Source: a virus
Reading direction: 5' to 3' (one strand)
Virus record (IMG/VR): IMGVR_UViG_3300045988_175750
DNA length: 35,409 nt
In this document: one piece after another, positions 1 through 9,540 of the stretch
Layout: the number at the start of each line of letters is the position of its first letter
Position numbering within the stretch: the first letter of the stretch is position 1
Program-made: the position numbers and the translations under genes
The notes under the pieces: generated by a model
The model's database searches: none
Seen by the model: only the letters and a program-made list of their open reading frames with translations
Told to the model about the DNA's origin: nothing

Positions 1-219
1 CGGTTTCGCGGCCGCAACAGCCTCCGACGCGGCCGTCTTCGCCGATTCGGTGGCTGTGGTGCGGGCTTCTTCTTTGGCCTGGGTGATGCGGGTTGTGGTG
101 TCTTCGGCGGCGGCGGCTTTGGCTGCTTCGGCGGCTTGGGTGGCGTGCTGCTCGGCCTCGGTTTTTACCTTTGTGAGCGCGGCCTCTGTGGATTCGGCGG
201 TGCTCTTGAATTGGGTCAT
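1..219 (-). CDS. Ala-rich repeat protein upstream of tailspike, N-terminal part (gene crosses the window junction and continues at 35205..35409)
   Basis: From ATG at 219 the frame is open to nt 1 (exactly 73 codons): MTQFKSTAESTEAALTKVKTEAEQHATQAAEAAKAAAAEDTTTRITQAKEEARTTATESAKTAASEAVAAAKP. An in-frame TTG at 279 preceded by GAAAGG is an alternative start. The plus-strand ORF 50..250 is its shadow. Confidence 0.55.
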   Translation of the reverse strand, partial: MTQFKSTAESTEAALTKVKTEAEQHATQAAEAAKAAAAEDTTTRITQAKEEARTTATESAKTAASEAVAAAKP

Positions 220-292
220 CGGCTGGGCGATGGCCTCGGGGTCGGGGTAGCTTATTCCCCAGGTGCTCGTTGTTCCCAAAGCTGTAGCCTTT

Positions 293-724
293 CTACGGGT
301 TAGCGGCGAGCGCGTCTTCTAGTGATTTCCATGTGCTGCCGCGTTGTTTCATCCAGGTTTCGAGTTCTAGCCATGTGCGGTTTGTGTGTGGCTGTGGTGT
401 GGGTGGTGGGGTTGCGGTTCCGCTGAGGTTGATTGTTTCGCCGGGGTTGATGGTGATTTGTCGGCATTCTGCTTTGACTCGGCGGAGGGCTGAGTCGTAG
501 AGGGCGAACCTCACTTCGTAGGTTGCTGGGGCGAATAGTCTTGTGGGGATGAGGTTTCCGTTTTCGACTGTTCCGGTTGCGGGGGCGCCGGGGTAGGTTT
601 TTCCGTCGGCGGTTGCGGCTTCGGTTGGGGTGAAGCGGATCGTGCCGTGTAGCGGTTCGGGGTTTTCTCCGTCTGTTTTGTTGGAGAGGAATTTCCCTTC
701 GATGGTTCCGATGCTGTTAGTCAT
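293..724 (-). CDS. Hypothetical tail-tip associated protein
   Basis: This 143-aa ORF overlaps the upstream gene by 8 nt (coupling). It lies in the tail-tip block between the minor tail genes and the tailspike. I recognise no motif. Confidence 0.6.
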   Translation of the reverse strand: MTNSIGTIEGKFLSNKTDGENPEPLHGTIRFTPTEAATADGKTYPGAPATGTVENGNLIPTRLFAPATYEVRFALYDSALRRVKAECRQITINPGETINLSGTATPPPTPQPHTNRTWLELETWMKQRGSTWKSLEDALAANP

Positions 725-899
725 GGGTGATTACCTCTGCGACTTCTGCTTTGAATTCTTCTTGCTTCGCTTCTTCGTTCTTCTGGCGGTGTGCTTCGAT
801 GATGCTTAGGTTGAGGATTTCTTCTCGGAGCTCTGCGTTTTCTTGGATGAGTACGCGGCATTTAGTTTCGAGCTGTTCTCGTGTCAGGTGCTCGTTCAT
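717..899 (-). CDS. Small coiled-coil protein (60 aa)
   Basis: ATG at 899 is preceded by AAGGAGA and lies just after the stop (911) of the previous gene. The ORF-track start at 1001 would overlap that gene. The sequence is charged and heptad-like: MNEHLTREQLETKCRVLIQENAELREEILNL... Confidence 0.55.
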   Translation of the reverse strand: MNEHLTREQLETKCRVLIQENAELREEILNLSIIEAHRQKNEEAKQEEFKAEVAEVITHD

Positions 900-910
900 G
901 TGGGGTCTCC

Positions 911-2197
911 TTAGGTGTTTCGGTTTAGCGGGTGGAAGAGTAATTCGACCCAGATGTCGCTTGCAGCGGATGAGTCTAGGTTGTGCAGGAACAGGCTGCA
1001 TGATGAGCTTGTCCTATTGCGGATGTTCGCGGTGACGGCATAGCTTGTGATTGCTTGGGCGGTGATGAACGGGACTTGCCCTTGGTCTGTGAAATTTATT
1101 TTTATTTCTGTCCATCCGCCGCGGGGCGGGAGGTTCTGCGGGCCAACGCTCATATGGAAATATGATTGGGTTTGCGAGAAGCGGCCCTCTAGCCTCATGT
1201 TTGTGAGAACGCGGAGGCTGTCGGAGATATTTACGCCGCCGTTCACATCAATGTATAAGCCTTTGATGTCGTATTCTGGGGCTTCTGCGTTGGATGCTAC
1301 GCCCATGTAGAAGGCGCCCTGGGGGTCCATGCGTATGCGGCCGATAGGGGCGCGCATATCGGCGTCTAGGGGGCGCATTTCAAGGACGGATGCGCGGGAG
1401 CCTGTCACCCCGCGGGCAACGGTTGAGTAGGCTGTCATCCCGGCTTTGTTGCGGGCCGCTGTTGAGAACGTGCCGACGAAGAAATTCTCTTCGCCTGCGG
1501 CGTCAATTTTCACGGTCTGCCGCCCGGTCGCGTCGAATGCGGCTAGGCCGGTGCTGCTGATTTTCATGCCCCGATCAGCGGCCTTGTCTGTCTGAATCCA
1601 TCCCCCGGTGAGAATCTTAGCGGAGAGGTCTTCGACGTTGATTCGTTTGGCTATCAGCTCTGGGGTGACGATGTTCTCTACGACGGTGGCGCGCTGGATG
1701 ATCGCTTCTTCGGTGACAACGAGTTTTTTTGTCTCGGTGCTCATGGCCCGCACGATTTCAGCTGCGAGCTGTTCTGTCACGTTTAGCTGCTTCACGTCCA
1801 GGGTGCCGGGCAGGATTAGGTTCCGCCCGTTGAATAGTGGCTGCGGCGCGTTCTGGATAGCTTTTACTGCCGTGCCCGCGATTTTCTCATCCGTGGTTCG
1901 GGCTTCGACCTGCTGGATACGGTCTCGTGCGTCGCTGAGCGATGTCTCGGCGGCGGTGAGTGTTTCCTTGGCTTTCTCAACAACTTTCACTGCTTCGCCC
2001 ACGCGCTTATCTAGGTCGGCGATTACGTCACCATCCCAGAGGTGGGCTGTTCCGCTGCGGTCGTAGTAGGTTGTTGATTCGCCGGGGCGGGCGACTTTCA
2101 CCCCGTGAGGTGTGGATGCTGGGGTGCGGAGCTGCTGCACGAGCCGCCGCAGCGTGTCCCCGCCGTTCTGGTTCCTCAGGTCTATATAGTTCACCAC
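911..2197 (-). CDS. Minor tail protein / tail fibre-like
   Basis: This 428-aa ORF has a coiled-coil segment (EKAKETLTAAETSLSDARDRIQQVEART) followed by a beta-rich C-terminal part. It sits in the tail-tip block downstream of the tape measure. Confidence 0.7.
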   Translation of the reverse strand: MVNYIDLRNQNGGDTLRRLVQQLRTPASTPHGVKVARPGESTTYYDRSGTAHLWDGDVIADLDKRVGEAVKVVEKAKETLTAAETSLSDARDRIQQVEARTTDEKIAGTAVKAIQNAPQPLFNGRNLILPGTLDVKQLNVTEQLAAEIVRAMSTETKKLVVTEEAIIQRATVVENIVTPELIAKRINVEDLSAKILTGGWIQTDKAADRGMKISSTGLAAFDATGRQTVKIDAAGEENFFVGTFSTAARNKAGMTAYSTVARGVTGSRASVLEMRPLDADMRAPIGRIRMDPQGAFYMGVASNAEAPEYDIKGLYIDVNGGVNISDSLRVLTNMRLEGRFSQTQSYFHMSVGPQNLPPRGGWTEIKINFTDQGQVPFITAQAITSYAVTANIRNRTSSSCSLFLHNLDSSAASDIWVELLFHPLNRNT

Positions 2198-2224
2198 TGC
2201 GACCGCCGCCTTTCTACGCTTGGT

Positions 2225-3328
2225 TTACCATTTTGCTTCTTGGAAATCGAGAGTTATTTTCCCGCTCAAATCCCCACTCATTTTGATGATGCGCATCGCA
2301 CGGGTGCCGTCTGGGATGCTGAGCCACCCGGCGAGGGTTACGTTCGCAGTGTCTCCCACATGAAAAGACCCGAGCGGTGTTTTCGGGCTGGACGCCAGGA
2401 ACGAAAGTGTTACTTGGTCGATCATCTCTTGGCGGGTTTGGAGCGCGCCCTCTGCCTTTTGCCGCAGAACATCGACTGTTGATTGGTCTGAGTCAGACAT
2501 GACCGCCTCAATAAAAGGGGCGTTATGCTCATAGACGCTGCGGAGGTTTTCAGCGAACGCGATAGCTGTTCCCTCGCCCTCGCCGGAGCCAGTGCACCAG
2601 ACGCGGTTCACAAGGTCTTTCCCTGTTGAAGTTATCGAGACTTCCTCGATTTGCGCGAGCGCGGGGGTTGTGTCGAAGTCTGGGACCCAGGCTTGGGGGA
2701 TGAACGGGTATGCTTCGCCTCCGGCGCAGAATTCCCATTCAATGAGGGTATGTTCTTTGTTGGCCCACTTGGGGCGGAACATCAGATCGGGGCCGTTGAT
2801 AACTTCGGTTATTTCTTTCCAGCGCTTGCCGATGAGGTTGTTGCTGACGTTCCATTTTTCATAGGTGCGTTCCCTTGCCGCGGTTTCTTGGTCTGGGGTG
2901 GCGCGGGTGATGGGGAGGTGCCCGCCGGGGCGGTCCATGCCGTGCAGGCAGAGTTGCCAGGCGATTTCTCCGAGGGTGGTGTTGCGGTATTCGAGGTGCT
3001 GCCAGATGGTGCGGTTCTCGAATATTCCGCGGATGCCTTTTATTTTGATTTCTAGTGTGTGTAGGGTTTCTTTGCCCCAGTCTGCGATGTAGCCTGCGAT
3101 GATGGGGTATTCGATGTTGTCGGCCCCGGTGTGGGTGAGTAGGGCGCCGCCTGTGAGCGGCGCCCACCATTCGGGGTTGAGCTGTTTGAGGGCTTTTTTC
3201 TGGACAGTGAAGGATAGCTCTTCGACGCTGTTTAGTGTGATGGTGAATGATCCGCCGGATTCTGGGTTGATGTAGGCGCCTACTTCCCCGGTTACTGGGT
3301 GTATCCAGTAGAGTTTGAACCCGCTCAT
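2225..3328 (-). CDS. Minor tail protein (tail-tip, Tal-like by position)
   Basis: This 367-aa ORF is the third gene after the tape measure and is tightly packed with its neighbours. The assignment rests on synteny only. Confidence 0.6.
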   Translation of the reverse strand: MSGFKLYWIHPVTGEVGAYINPESGGSFTITLNSVEELSFTVQKKALKQLNPEWWAPLTGGALLTHTGADNIEYPIIAGYIADWGKETLHTLEIKIKGIRGIFENRTIWQHLEYRNTTLGEIAWQLCLHGMDRPGGHLPITRATPDQETAARERTYEKWNVSNNLIGKRWKEITEVINGPDLMFRPKWANKEHTLIEWEFCAGGEAYPFIPQAWVPDFDTTPALAQIEEVSITSTGKDLVNRVWCTGSGEGEGTAIAFAENLRSVYEHNAPFIEAVMSDSDQSTVDVLRQKAEGALQTRQEMIDQVTLSFLASSPKTPLGSFHVGDTANVTLAGWLSIPDGTRAMRIIKMSGDLSGKITLDFQEAKW

Positions 3329-3352
3329 TGTGCGCTTCTTTCTGCCTGGTTG

Positions 3353-4219
3353 TTATTCGATTGCGACGCCCTGATCCATTACGACGATTTGGTCTCCGGC
3401 GTATCCCCACTCTCCGCCGCCCTGGACTTGCCAGCCCAAAGTGTTTACCTTGCGTTGTACGGTGTAGTGGATGCGGTGGCGGCCTGCTTTGAAGGTGAGG
3501 GAGCGGCTGATGTCTTTTGTTTCGGCGATGAAACCGTATTCGACTTCGCGGCGGAACTTGAACTCGTTATCCACATAAACTTTGTAGACTATGCTTCCCC
3601 TATCGTTGGGGCCGTATGCGCCGCCGCCGGGGCGGCGGGCCATCACGGTTGAGGATAGCTTGATGTCTACGTTCCGATCTGTGGGGAGGTAGAACTCTCC
3701 GACGCCACGTGTAAATACTCCATCCTCGCGTACTACATCATCAGCAAAGTAGTTGTGAAATAGACGGCCGAGAGAGCCGCCGACGGGGCGAGAGTAAACA
3801 ACATTCCCTGCCTCGGGTGCTGCGGAAGTTGCTGCTACCCCGGGCCGAATTTCCCGCTTGGAGAGCATGACTGCGCCTTGAGGGAGAGTTTCCCCGATTT
3901 TTACCACGGCAGAGACGTTCCCGTCCACCGCCTGCGTATTCTGCTTCACATAGATGATGTCTGTTCGGGAGCCTTGGCGGGGCGCTGGCTGCGTGTTGAG
4001 GGTCTGTTCCATCACGGGGACCTTCACGGCGCGGCCGGGCGCCAGGTGCACTACAACAGCTCCGCTCTTCACCTTGTAGGTCATTGTTGATGTGCCTTCG
4101 ACCTCGCAGCCGCTAATAACCCCTGCGGTCGGGAACTCTGCGGCGTTTATGACCTGGATGTCTTCGGGGGTTGTGCCCAGCCCGTCGGGTGTGTTTGGGA
4201 TTCCGAACCCGGTTGCCAA
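3353..4219 (-). CDS. Minor tail protein
   Basis: This 288-aa ORF is the second gene after the tape measure. It has normal protein composition and is assigned by synteny. Confidence 0.6.
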   Translation of the reverse strand: MATGFGIPNTPDGLGTTPEDIQVINAAEFPTAGVISGCEVEGTSTMTYKVKSGAVVVHLAPGRAVKVPVMEQTLNTQPAPRQGSRTDIIYVKQNTQAVDGNVSAVVKIGETLPQGAVMLSKREIRPGVAATSAAPEAGNVVYSRPVGGSLGRLFHNYFADDVVREDGVFTRGVGEFYLPTDRNVDIKLSSTVMARRPGGGAYGPNDRGSIVYKVYVDNEFKFRREVEYGFIAETKDISRSLTFKAGRHRIHYTVQRKVNTLGWQVQGGGEWGYAGDQIVVMDQGVAIE

Positions 4220-4229
4220 TCTTTTCTCC

Positions 4230-5087
4230 TTAGATGTAGGTGTCTGAAAAATTCACGTCTACCCACCCGCTGGCGGGGGCGAGCGCCTCGACTGCGATTT
4301 CGAACCCGCTGTTTGGTGGGGCGGTGTGCCACGCGCGGCGGGTGAGTAGGTGTGTTTGGTCTTGGCTGCTGAGGTAGAGGGCTCCGGTTGCGCAGTCAAT
4401 GGTGACTGGGGCGGTGGCGTTCACGGCGTGCGGGAATTCTAGGACGCGGCCGGATGATGTGAGCCGGAATCCTGACGCCCAGTCGCCGCGCACTACGTAG
4501 ACCGGGTGCGCGGCGGCGTTGCCGTTGTGCTGGATGATCGCCGCCTGCGGTGGGGTGTCTCCGTAGGAGAGAACCCCTTTGGGGGTTACCCCGAATAGGG
4601 GGTAACGCAGCCCTGTTCCTGCCCCTGCGGGGAATAGCTGAACTATTTTCGGGGTGGCGTATAGGAATGGGTCTGGGGCGACGAATGGGGCTTCGAACGC
4701 GACAGCGCTATCACCCATCAGTTCGGTTTTGATAGCGCCGTCAAGCCGCACCTGAGCGGTTAGTTCTAGGCCTTCTCTTGCGACGGTTAGCTCGCCGAGT
4801 GAGCCGTCCCAGGTGAGGCCGGAGACGAAGCGGCTGGCGACTTCTCGGGCTTCCATCCCTGGCATGAGTAGGGCGCCTTTGAGGGTGATAGTTCGGGCGG
4901 ATCGGCGGGCGGGCGCGGATAGGAACCCGTGCCCTATTTTTCGTTGTGAGTCATCGGACTCTACGCCGACGCCGCCGAACCACCCATCGACGGCTGTTAC
5001 CCAGAACTCGCCTTCTTCGGGCGTGCTCTCGAAGGTGGATAGAACCAAGTTCCCATGCGGGCCTCGTATCGAAACCTCATAGCGCAT
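4230..5087 (-). CDS. Distal tail protein (Dit)-like minor tail protein
   Basis: This 285-aa ORF starts 1 nt after the tape-measure stop, which is the canonical Dit position in siphoviruses. Confidence 0.6.
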   Translation of the reverse strand: MRYEVSIRGPHGNLVLSTFESTPEEGEFWVTAVDGWFGGVGVESDDSQRKIGHGFLSAPARRSARTITLKGALLMPGMEAREVASRFVSGLTWDGSLGELTVAREGLELTAQVRLDGAIKTELMGDSAVAFEAPFVAPDPFLYATPKIVQLFPAGAGTGLRYPLFGVTPKGVLSYGDTPPQAAIIQHNGNAAAHPVYVVRGDWASGFRLTSSGRVLEFPHAVNATAPVTIDCATGALYLSSQDQTHLLTRRAWHTAPPNSGFEIAVEALAPASGWVDVNFSDTYI

Positions 5088-5088
5088 T

Positions 5089-8000
5089 TTAGACTAGTAT
5101 TCCTTCCATCTCGTGGGCGAATGCCTCGCCGAAGCGGCGGCCGAACCTGTCGGGGTCCATCTTGTCGCTGCCTGTGACTTGCACCGTGAACCCGCTGCGC
5201 TGCCCGTATGCGGCGGGCCGCGCCGTAGAGGCTGAGCCTCGGAGAGCGGCGGGCGGCGCCCCGTATGCGCTGGATGACAGGTCTACCCTGGAAGAGAGCA
5301 GGCCCGGCGCGATGGCGTCTTCTACACCGGCGAACCCTTCGCGGGCGGCGTCTACAGCCTTATCGGTCATGTCTGTTATCGCGTCGGCTACGGCATCACT
5401 GTTTTTGCTGATACCTTCCGCCAGGCCTAGAGGAATCCATTTACCCACCTCATCGCGCATCACGCGAGACGGGGAGTGAATTCCGAGCGGGCCTTTCATC
5501 CAGCCGGGCAGGCCGTCAGCGATACTTTTCACTGCCTGGTAGACAGCGCCAGCGGCGTTCTTGATACCGTTCACAAGGCCGTTGATAATATCAGTGCCCA
5601 TTTGGACTAGCTTCCCGGGGAGGGAGTTCAGCTCGTTTACGATGTCCACACCCATTTTCTGGAAGAACCCAATGACGTTATGGATTCCGTCAGATACGCC
5701 CTTTTTGATGCCTTCCCAGATGGTAGAGACGATTTTTCCTATGCCATCCCAAGCAGCGTTCCACACGTTTTTGATAATGTCGATTGCTGATGCGATGACC
5801 TGCCAAACAATTTTGATTGCACCCTCAATGACTGAAACGATTAAGTCCCAGATTCCCTTGAGAATACCCAAGATAGCGTTCCAAGCGCCTTCCCAGTCTC
5901 CCTTGAGGATAGAGGTAAAGAGCTTTATGACGTTGATAATAATATCTATGGCGGCCTTGATGATTGGCACAATCGCGTTCACCACAGTTATTACGATGTC
6001 CAGCACATTTTTGATAATGGGCACGAGAATATCAATGATGGTGGTAATCAGTGGGATAAGCGCCTCTACCAGTGAAAGGATCACTGGGATGAGCGAAGAA
6101 ATGATGAAAACCACCAGCGGGATAATCGCAGCGAGGATCGCCGCAAACACCGATATTACTGTAGTCAGCACGGGCATTAGCGCGGTAATGAGCTGTATAG
6201 CCAGCTGTGCAACAGCCGACTGAATTTCTATAAACATGCCCACGATAGGGGCAAGAACCGGGAGAAGCTGTAAGAAAATTCCAGCTATCTGCGGGAAAAG
6301 CCCTAAAATTGTTCCGACAAGCTCCATGATCGCGGGCAACAGCTGATCCACAATCACCGGAATGAGCGGCTGGAACGCCTGTACCAGCTGCACCCCGAAA
6401 TCAACGACCATCGGGATAAGTGGCGTCAGATGATCGCCTATCTGCATAAACGCCGCGCCGAACCGCTCACCAAAAGAGATGAACGTGGGGCCTAGCGTCT
6501 GGAACATATTCCCGACCGTTTCAAGAGCTGCCATGACTTTAGGCACCACAGCATCGGCAACCTTAGCGAGCGCACCGATCAGGCCGCCGCCTGTTTCGGC
6601 GTTTCCTTTGAGTATCCGCTCGAAGACTGGCACCATCTGCTGGGCGAGTTTTCCGAAGACATCTGCGGCAGTCTTCCCGAATTCCTGAATTTTTGGGACA
6701 ACTTGGGCAACGAGCGGCTGGAATGCCTCTACGATTGTGCGGCCGAGCTCCCCTAGTATTGGGACAATGGTGTCTATGACCGGCTGGATAGCCTTCATCA
6801 GGTTATCCCATGCCTGCCTGCCTACTTCTGTCTGCGTGAAGAAGTACACGAGACCGGCTGCTACGAGGGCGAGCGCGGTAACGATTGCGCCAAGGGGGTT
6901 AGCTGATAGAGCGCCCCATACTGCTTTGATTCCGCTTACGACGCCGCCCATTGCTGCTTTGTACACGGCTGCTGCTGCGGCGGCGCCTTTGAGTGCGAGC
7001 TCTTGGGCTTCGAATGCTTTCGCGCCGAGCTCTGCGGCTTTCCCTAGTTCTGCGACATCTTGGGCTGTGCCAGCGCCTTCTTTGACAAGTTTGAATCCCT
7101 CGCCGACTGCCTTTATCGCGTCTACTGTTCCGGTTACTGCGTCGATGCCTGTTTTGTAAACATCGAGAGCTCCCTTGCCTAGATCTATAGCTGTGGTGAC
7201 TCCTTCATAGGCGAGCTTGGCTCCGCCGAGTACGCCGATGAGGATTCCTACGGCTTCTTGGTGCTGCCCGATGAATTCTGAAAGCGTGTATAGGGACTCG
7301 CTTACTTTTTCAAGGATTCCGTGAACTGTGGCGAGTGCGCCTTCCAGGCCTCCGCCTGCTGCGTCTCCGAGGCCCTGGAAATGCGGGATGATTGACATTA
7401 CGGCCCCAGCGAGCTCGCCTGCGACGCGCACAATGTTGGTGAATATCCCGACGATGCTTCCTGCTATGGGTGGGAGCCAGGTGCCGAGGATACCGCCGAG
7501 GTCTTTTGCGACGGATACGATGGTGCCGCCGTGCCCTTGGAATTTTCCTGCGAGCCCTTGGATCGCTTCGCCTAGAACACTGAACATAGCGCCCCATAGG
7601 GAGCTATCTCCCCAGGCGCCCATTGCTTCACTGAACCCGGTGGCAAATGACTTCGCGGCGTTCTTCATAACGTCGAATGCGCTTTGGATTACTGGGGCTG
7701 CTTGCTGAGCGAGCTGCCCCGCTTTTTGCACGAGCCAATCTACCGCGCCGCCAAGCACCTTGCCTATGATTTTTCCGAATTCTTCGACTGGCTTCATCCA
7801 TTCCTGAAATTTCAGGAAGAATTTTGTGAGCACTGGGTATACCCCGCCGAGGATGTTTGCACCGAAGCGGCCGAGTGCTGCTTTTGCGTTCTCGAATGCG
7901 CCGGGCAGGGTATTACCCATTTCTTTAGCCACAGTACCCGAGGCCTTAGTCATGGCCTTCTCGAACTGTTCAAAGTTGATTTTGCCGTCAGAGGCGAGCT

Positions 8001-8619
8001 TGAAGACGCCTTCGGTTGTGGTGCCGAGCTGATCCGCGAGCGCCTGGTAAATGGGGATGCCTCGGTCTGCGACCTGCTGAAGCACGTCGTTTTGGGCTTT
8101 GCCCAAGGACGCGACCTTGTTATAGATTGCGCCCATTTCCTCCATTGATGAGCCGCTGGATGCGGCGGAGTTCGCAACGGAGGTTAGGACTTTCTCTAGC
8201 CTTTCGCCGGGGGCGATGCCAGCGGCTACGGCACCGGCTGCGGTGGTTGCTGCGGCGTCGAGCCCGAATGCGGTTCCTTTCACTGCTGCGGAGGCGTTGG
8301 ACATGATTGTCTTCACGGCATCCGCATCATGCCCGAGGCCGCGCAGCTTTGCTTGGGCAACGTCGATAGCTTTCAGGCGGGAGAAGCCTTTACTGAAGGC
8401 GGTGCCGAAGATTCCGGCGACGGGGATTGCGGCGACGCCTGCGGCGACTACTTTTCCGATGGTGCCGCCGAAGAGGCGGCCGAAGCCGGAGGATGCTTTC
8501 GCCCCGGCTTCGGCGCCTGCCCGGTCGCCTGCGGCGGCCATGTCGGTAATGATGGACGCGCCCACGCCCTTAGTGCTTGCGATGACGGAGACGTATGCTT
8601 TAGCGAGTTCGTATGCCAT
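5089..8619 (-). CDS. Tail tape measure protein
   Basis: At 1176 aa it is the longest ORF. It is Ala/Gly-rich with a long hydrophobic I/V/L-rich core and a GIHSPSRVM motif, and it lies directly after the G/GT chaperone pair. Confidence 0.92.
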   Translation of the reverse strand: MAYELAKAYVSVIASTKGVGASIITDMAAAGDRAGAEAGAKASSGFGRLFGGTIGKVVAAGVAAIPVAGIFGTAFSKGFSRLKAIDVAQAKLRGLGHDADAVKTIMSNASAAVKGTAFGLDAAATTAAGAVAAGIAPGERLEKVLTSVANSAASSGSSMEEMGAIYNKVASLGKAQNDVLQQVADRGIPIYQALADQLGTTTEGVFKLASDGKINFEQFEKAMTKASGTVAKEMGNTLPGAFENAKAALGRFGANILGGVYPVLTKFFLKFQEWMKPVEEFGKIIGKVLGGAVDWLVQKAGQLAQQAAPVIQSAFDVMKNAAKSFATGFSEAMGAWGDSSLWGAMFSVLGEAIQGLAGKFQGHGGTIVSVAKDLGGILGTWLPPIAGSIVGIFTNIVRVAGELAGAVMSIIPHFQGLGDAAGGGLEGALATVHGILEKVSESLYTLSEFIGQHQEAVGILIGVLGGAKLAYEGVTTAIDLGKGALDVYKTGIDAVTGTVDAIKAVGEGFKLVKEGAGTAQDVAELGKAAELGAKAFEAQELALKGAAAAAAVYKAAMGGVVSGIKAVWGALSANPLGAIVTALALVAAGLVYFFTQTEVGRQAWDNLMKAIQPVIDTIVPILGELGRTIVEAFQPLVAQVVPKIQEFGKTAADVFGKLAQQMVPVFERILKGNAETGGGLIGALAKVADAVVPKVMAALETVGNMFQTLGPTFISFGERFGAAFMQIGDHLTPLIPMVVDFGVQLVQAFQPLIPVIVDQLLPAIMELVGTILGLFPQIAGIFLQLLPVLAPIVGMFIEIQSAVAQLAIQLITALMPVLTTVISVFAAILAAIIPLVVFIISSLIPVILSLVEALIPLITTIIDILVPIIKNVLDIVITVVNAIVPIIKAAIDIIINVIKLFTSILKGDWEGAWNAILGILKGIWDLIVSVIEGAIKIVWQVIASAIDIIKNVWNAAWDGIGKIVSTIWEGIKKGVSDGIHNVIGFFQKMGVDIVNELNSLPGKLVQMGTDIINGLVNGIKNAAGAVYQAVKSIADGLPGWMKGPLGIHSPSRVMRDEVGKWIPLGLAEGISKNSDAVADAITDMTDKAVDAAREGFAGVEDAIAPGLLSSRVDLSSSAYGAPPAALRGSASTARPAAYGQRSGFTVQVTGSDKMDPDRFGRRFGEAFAHEMEGILV

Positions 8620-8670
8620 GTTTACGCCTTTCGAGGTGTTGGGGCACTGATGGGGTGAGCGCTGGCTTGT

Positions 8671-9084
8671 TTATTCTTCTGCGTCAGGTTGGATTCTGCC
8701 GCGGCGGCGGTCTAGCCATGCTTTTGCTTCTTTAAGCGACATGGAGCCGTTTCCGACTTTCTGCGTCTTTTTGTCTTCGACGCCTGGGCGGGGTATTGGC
8801 TTGGGATGGTGGCGGCCTTTAGATCCGTCAGTTGTCCGTTGCCAGTTTGCTTCCGCCAGCTTGTCGATGACTGCGGCGAGTAGGTGCGCGTGCATGTCCC
8901 AGCCCTCGCCGAGCTCCCGCACGGTTGCTGAGTCTGGGGGCATTTTCGCGCATATTGCGGCGGTGATGTGAACGCCCCACCGCTCGGCGAGCTGGTGGGG
9001 TGTTGCCTGGTAGTACCTGATGCAGTCGATAGTGATTAGCTCGCGGTGCTGAGTCAGCAGCCCTACGAGCTTTAGGAGTTTGGG
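8671..9084 (-). CDS. Tail assembly chaperone gpGT extension, reached by -1 programmed frameshift from 9072..9443
   Basis: The -1 frame is open from the slippery site C_CCA_AAC (9078..9084) to the stop at 8671. I translated all 48 codons between 9084 and the ATG at 8943 and found no stop. Confidence 0.7.
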   Translation of the reverse strand, partial: PKLLKLVGLLTQHRELITIDCIRYYQATPHQLAERWGVHITAAICAKMPPDSATVRELGEGWDMHAHLLAAVIDKLAEANWQRTTDGSKGRHHPKPIPRPGVEDKKTQKVGNGSMSLKEAKAWLDRRRGRIQPDAEE

Positions 9085-9443
9085 TTGATTTTCTCCAAGA
9101 GGTCCTGGAAGAACTCGGAATAGTCGGAGAATTTCGTGATGCCTGTTTCAGGATCAGCCAGTAGCTTTTTGACCTTCTGCACCTGCCCGGCGCCGAGGGT
9201 GGCGTTCATGACGGAGAAGATTGCACGGGGGTTGCCTGTTTCCAGGGCTACTAGCTGCTCCATGATTTCTACGTCATCGAGGGCGGCGCGGTTTACTTTC
9301 CAGGTGTGCCCGCGCAGTTCGACCTTGACTTTTTCCAGTTTCCCGCCTGCGGGAAGGTGATCCTGCACGGTTGCTACACCGTACTCGTTCGCACGGATAA
9401 CAGGCCGGTTGTTCTTCTTTTTGCGGGTCTTGCTCTTAGGCAT
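9072..9443 (-). CDS. Tail assembly chaperone (gpG-like)
   Basis: This 123-aa ORF lies between the major tail and tape measure genes and has the RBS AAGGAGACCCC. It ends 4 nt after a slippery heptamer. Confidence 0.8.
   Translation of the reverse strand: MPKSKTRKKKNNRPVIRANEYGVATVQDHLPAGGKLEKVKVELRGHTWKVNRAALDDVEIMEQLVALETGNPRAIFSVMNATLGAGQVQKVKKLLADPETGITKFSDYSEFFQDLLEKINPNS
9078..9084 (-). promoter_or_regulatory. -1 ribosomal frameshift slippery heptamer CCCAAAC (X_XXY_YYZ in the gpG frame)
   Basis: The gpG frame reads AAC CCA AAC TCC TAA. A one-base backward shift gives CCC AAA CTC CTA AAG..., which continues into ORF 8671..8943. Confidence 0.7.
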
Positions 9444-9483
9444 GGGGTCTCCTTCTTAGGTAGCTGGGCCTCGGCATGTTGAG

Positions 9484-9522
9484 CTCTGCCCCGCGCTGAG
9501 ACCCAGAGGGCGCGGGGCAGAG
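9484..9522 (-). terminator. Stem-loop between the major tail and chaperone genes (attenuator-type)
   Basis: A 13-bp perfect stem, ctctgccccgcgc / gcgcggggcagag, with no clear U-tract. Confidence 0.45.
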
Positions 9523-9540
9523 AGACTAGCGGCGTTTCTT

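Noticed and set aside
911-2197. A diversity-generating retroelement targeting the tail fibre or tailspike C-termini.
   Set aside because: No reverse-transcriptase-like ORF is present anywhere in the window, and I saw no template/variable repeat pair differing at adenines.
2859-3410. Long Arg/Pro/His-rich ORFs overlapping real genes. Examples are 2859..3410, 7310..7597, 22163..22891, 28484..29047, 31599..32123 and 34975..35247.
   Set aside because: Their composition is typical of out-of-frame translation of GC-rich coding sequence. Each is fully embedded in a longer ORF with a credible product and synteny.
5561-6223. A 220-aa hydrophobic plus-strand ORF antisense to the tape measure gene.
   Set aside because: It is the shadow of the I/V/L-rich tape-measure core. 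It has no RBS or promoter context and is isolated on the plus strand within a continuous minus-strand operon.
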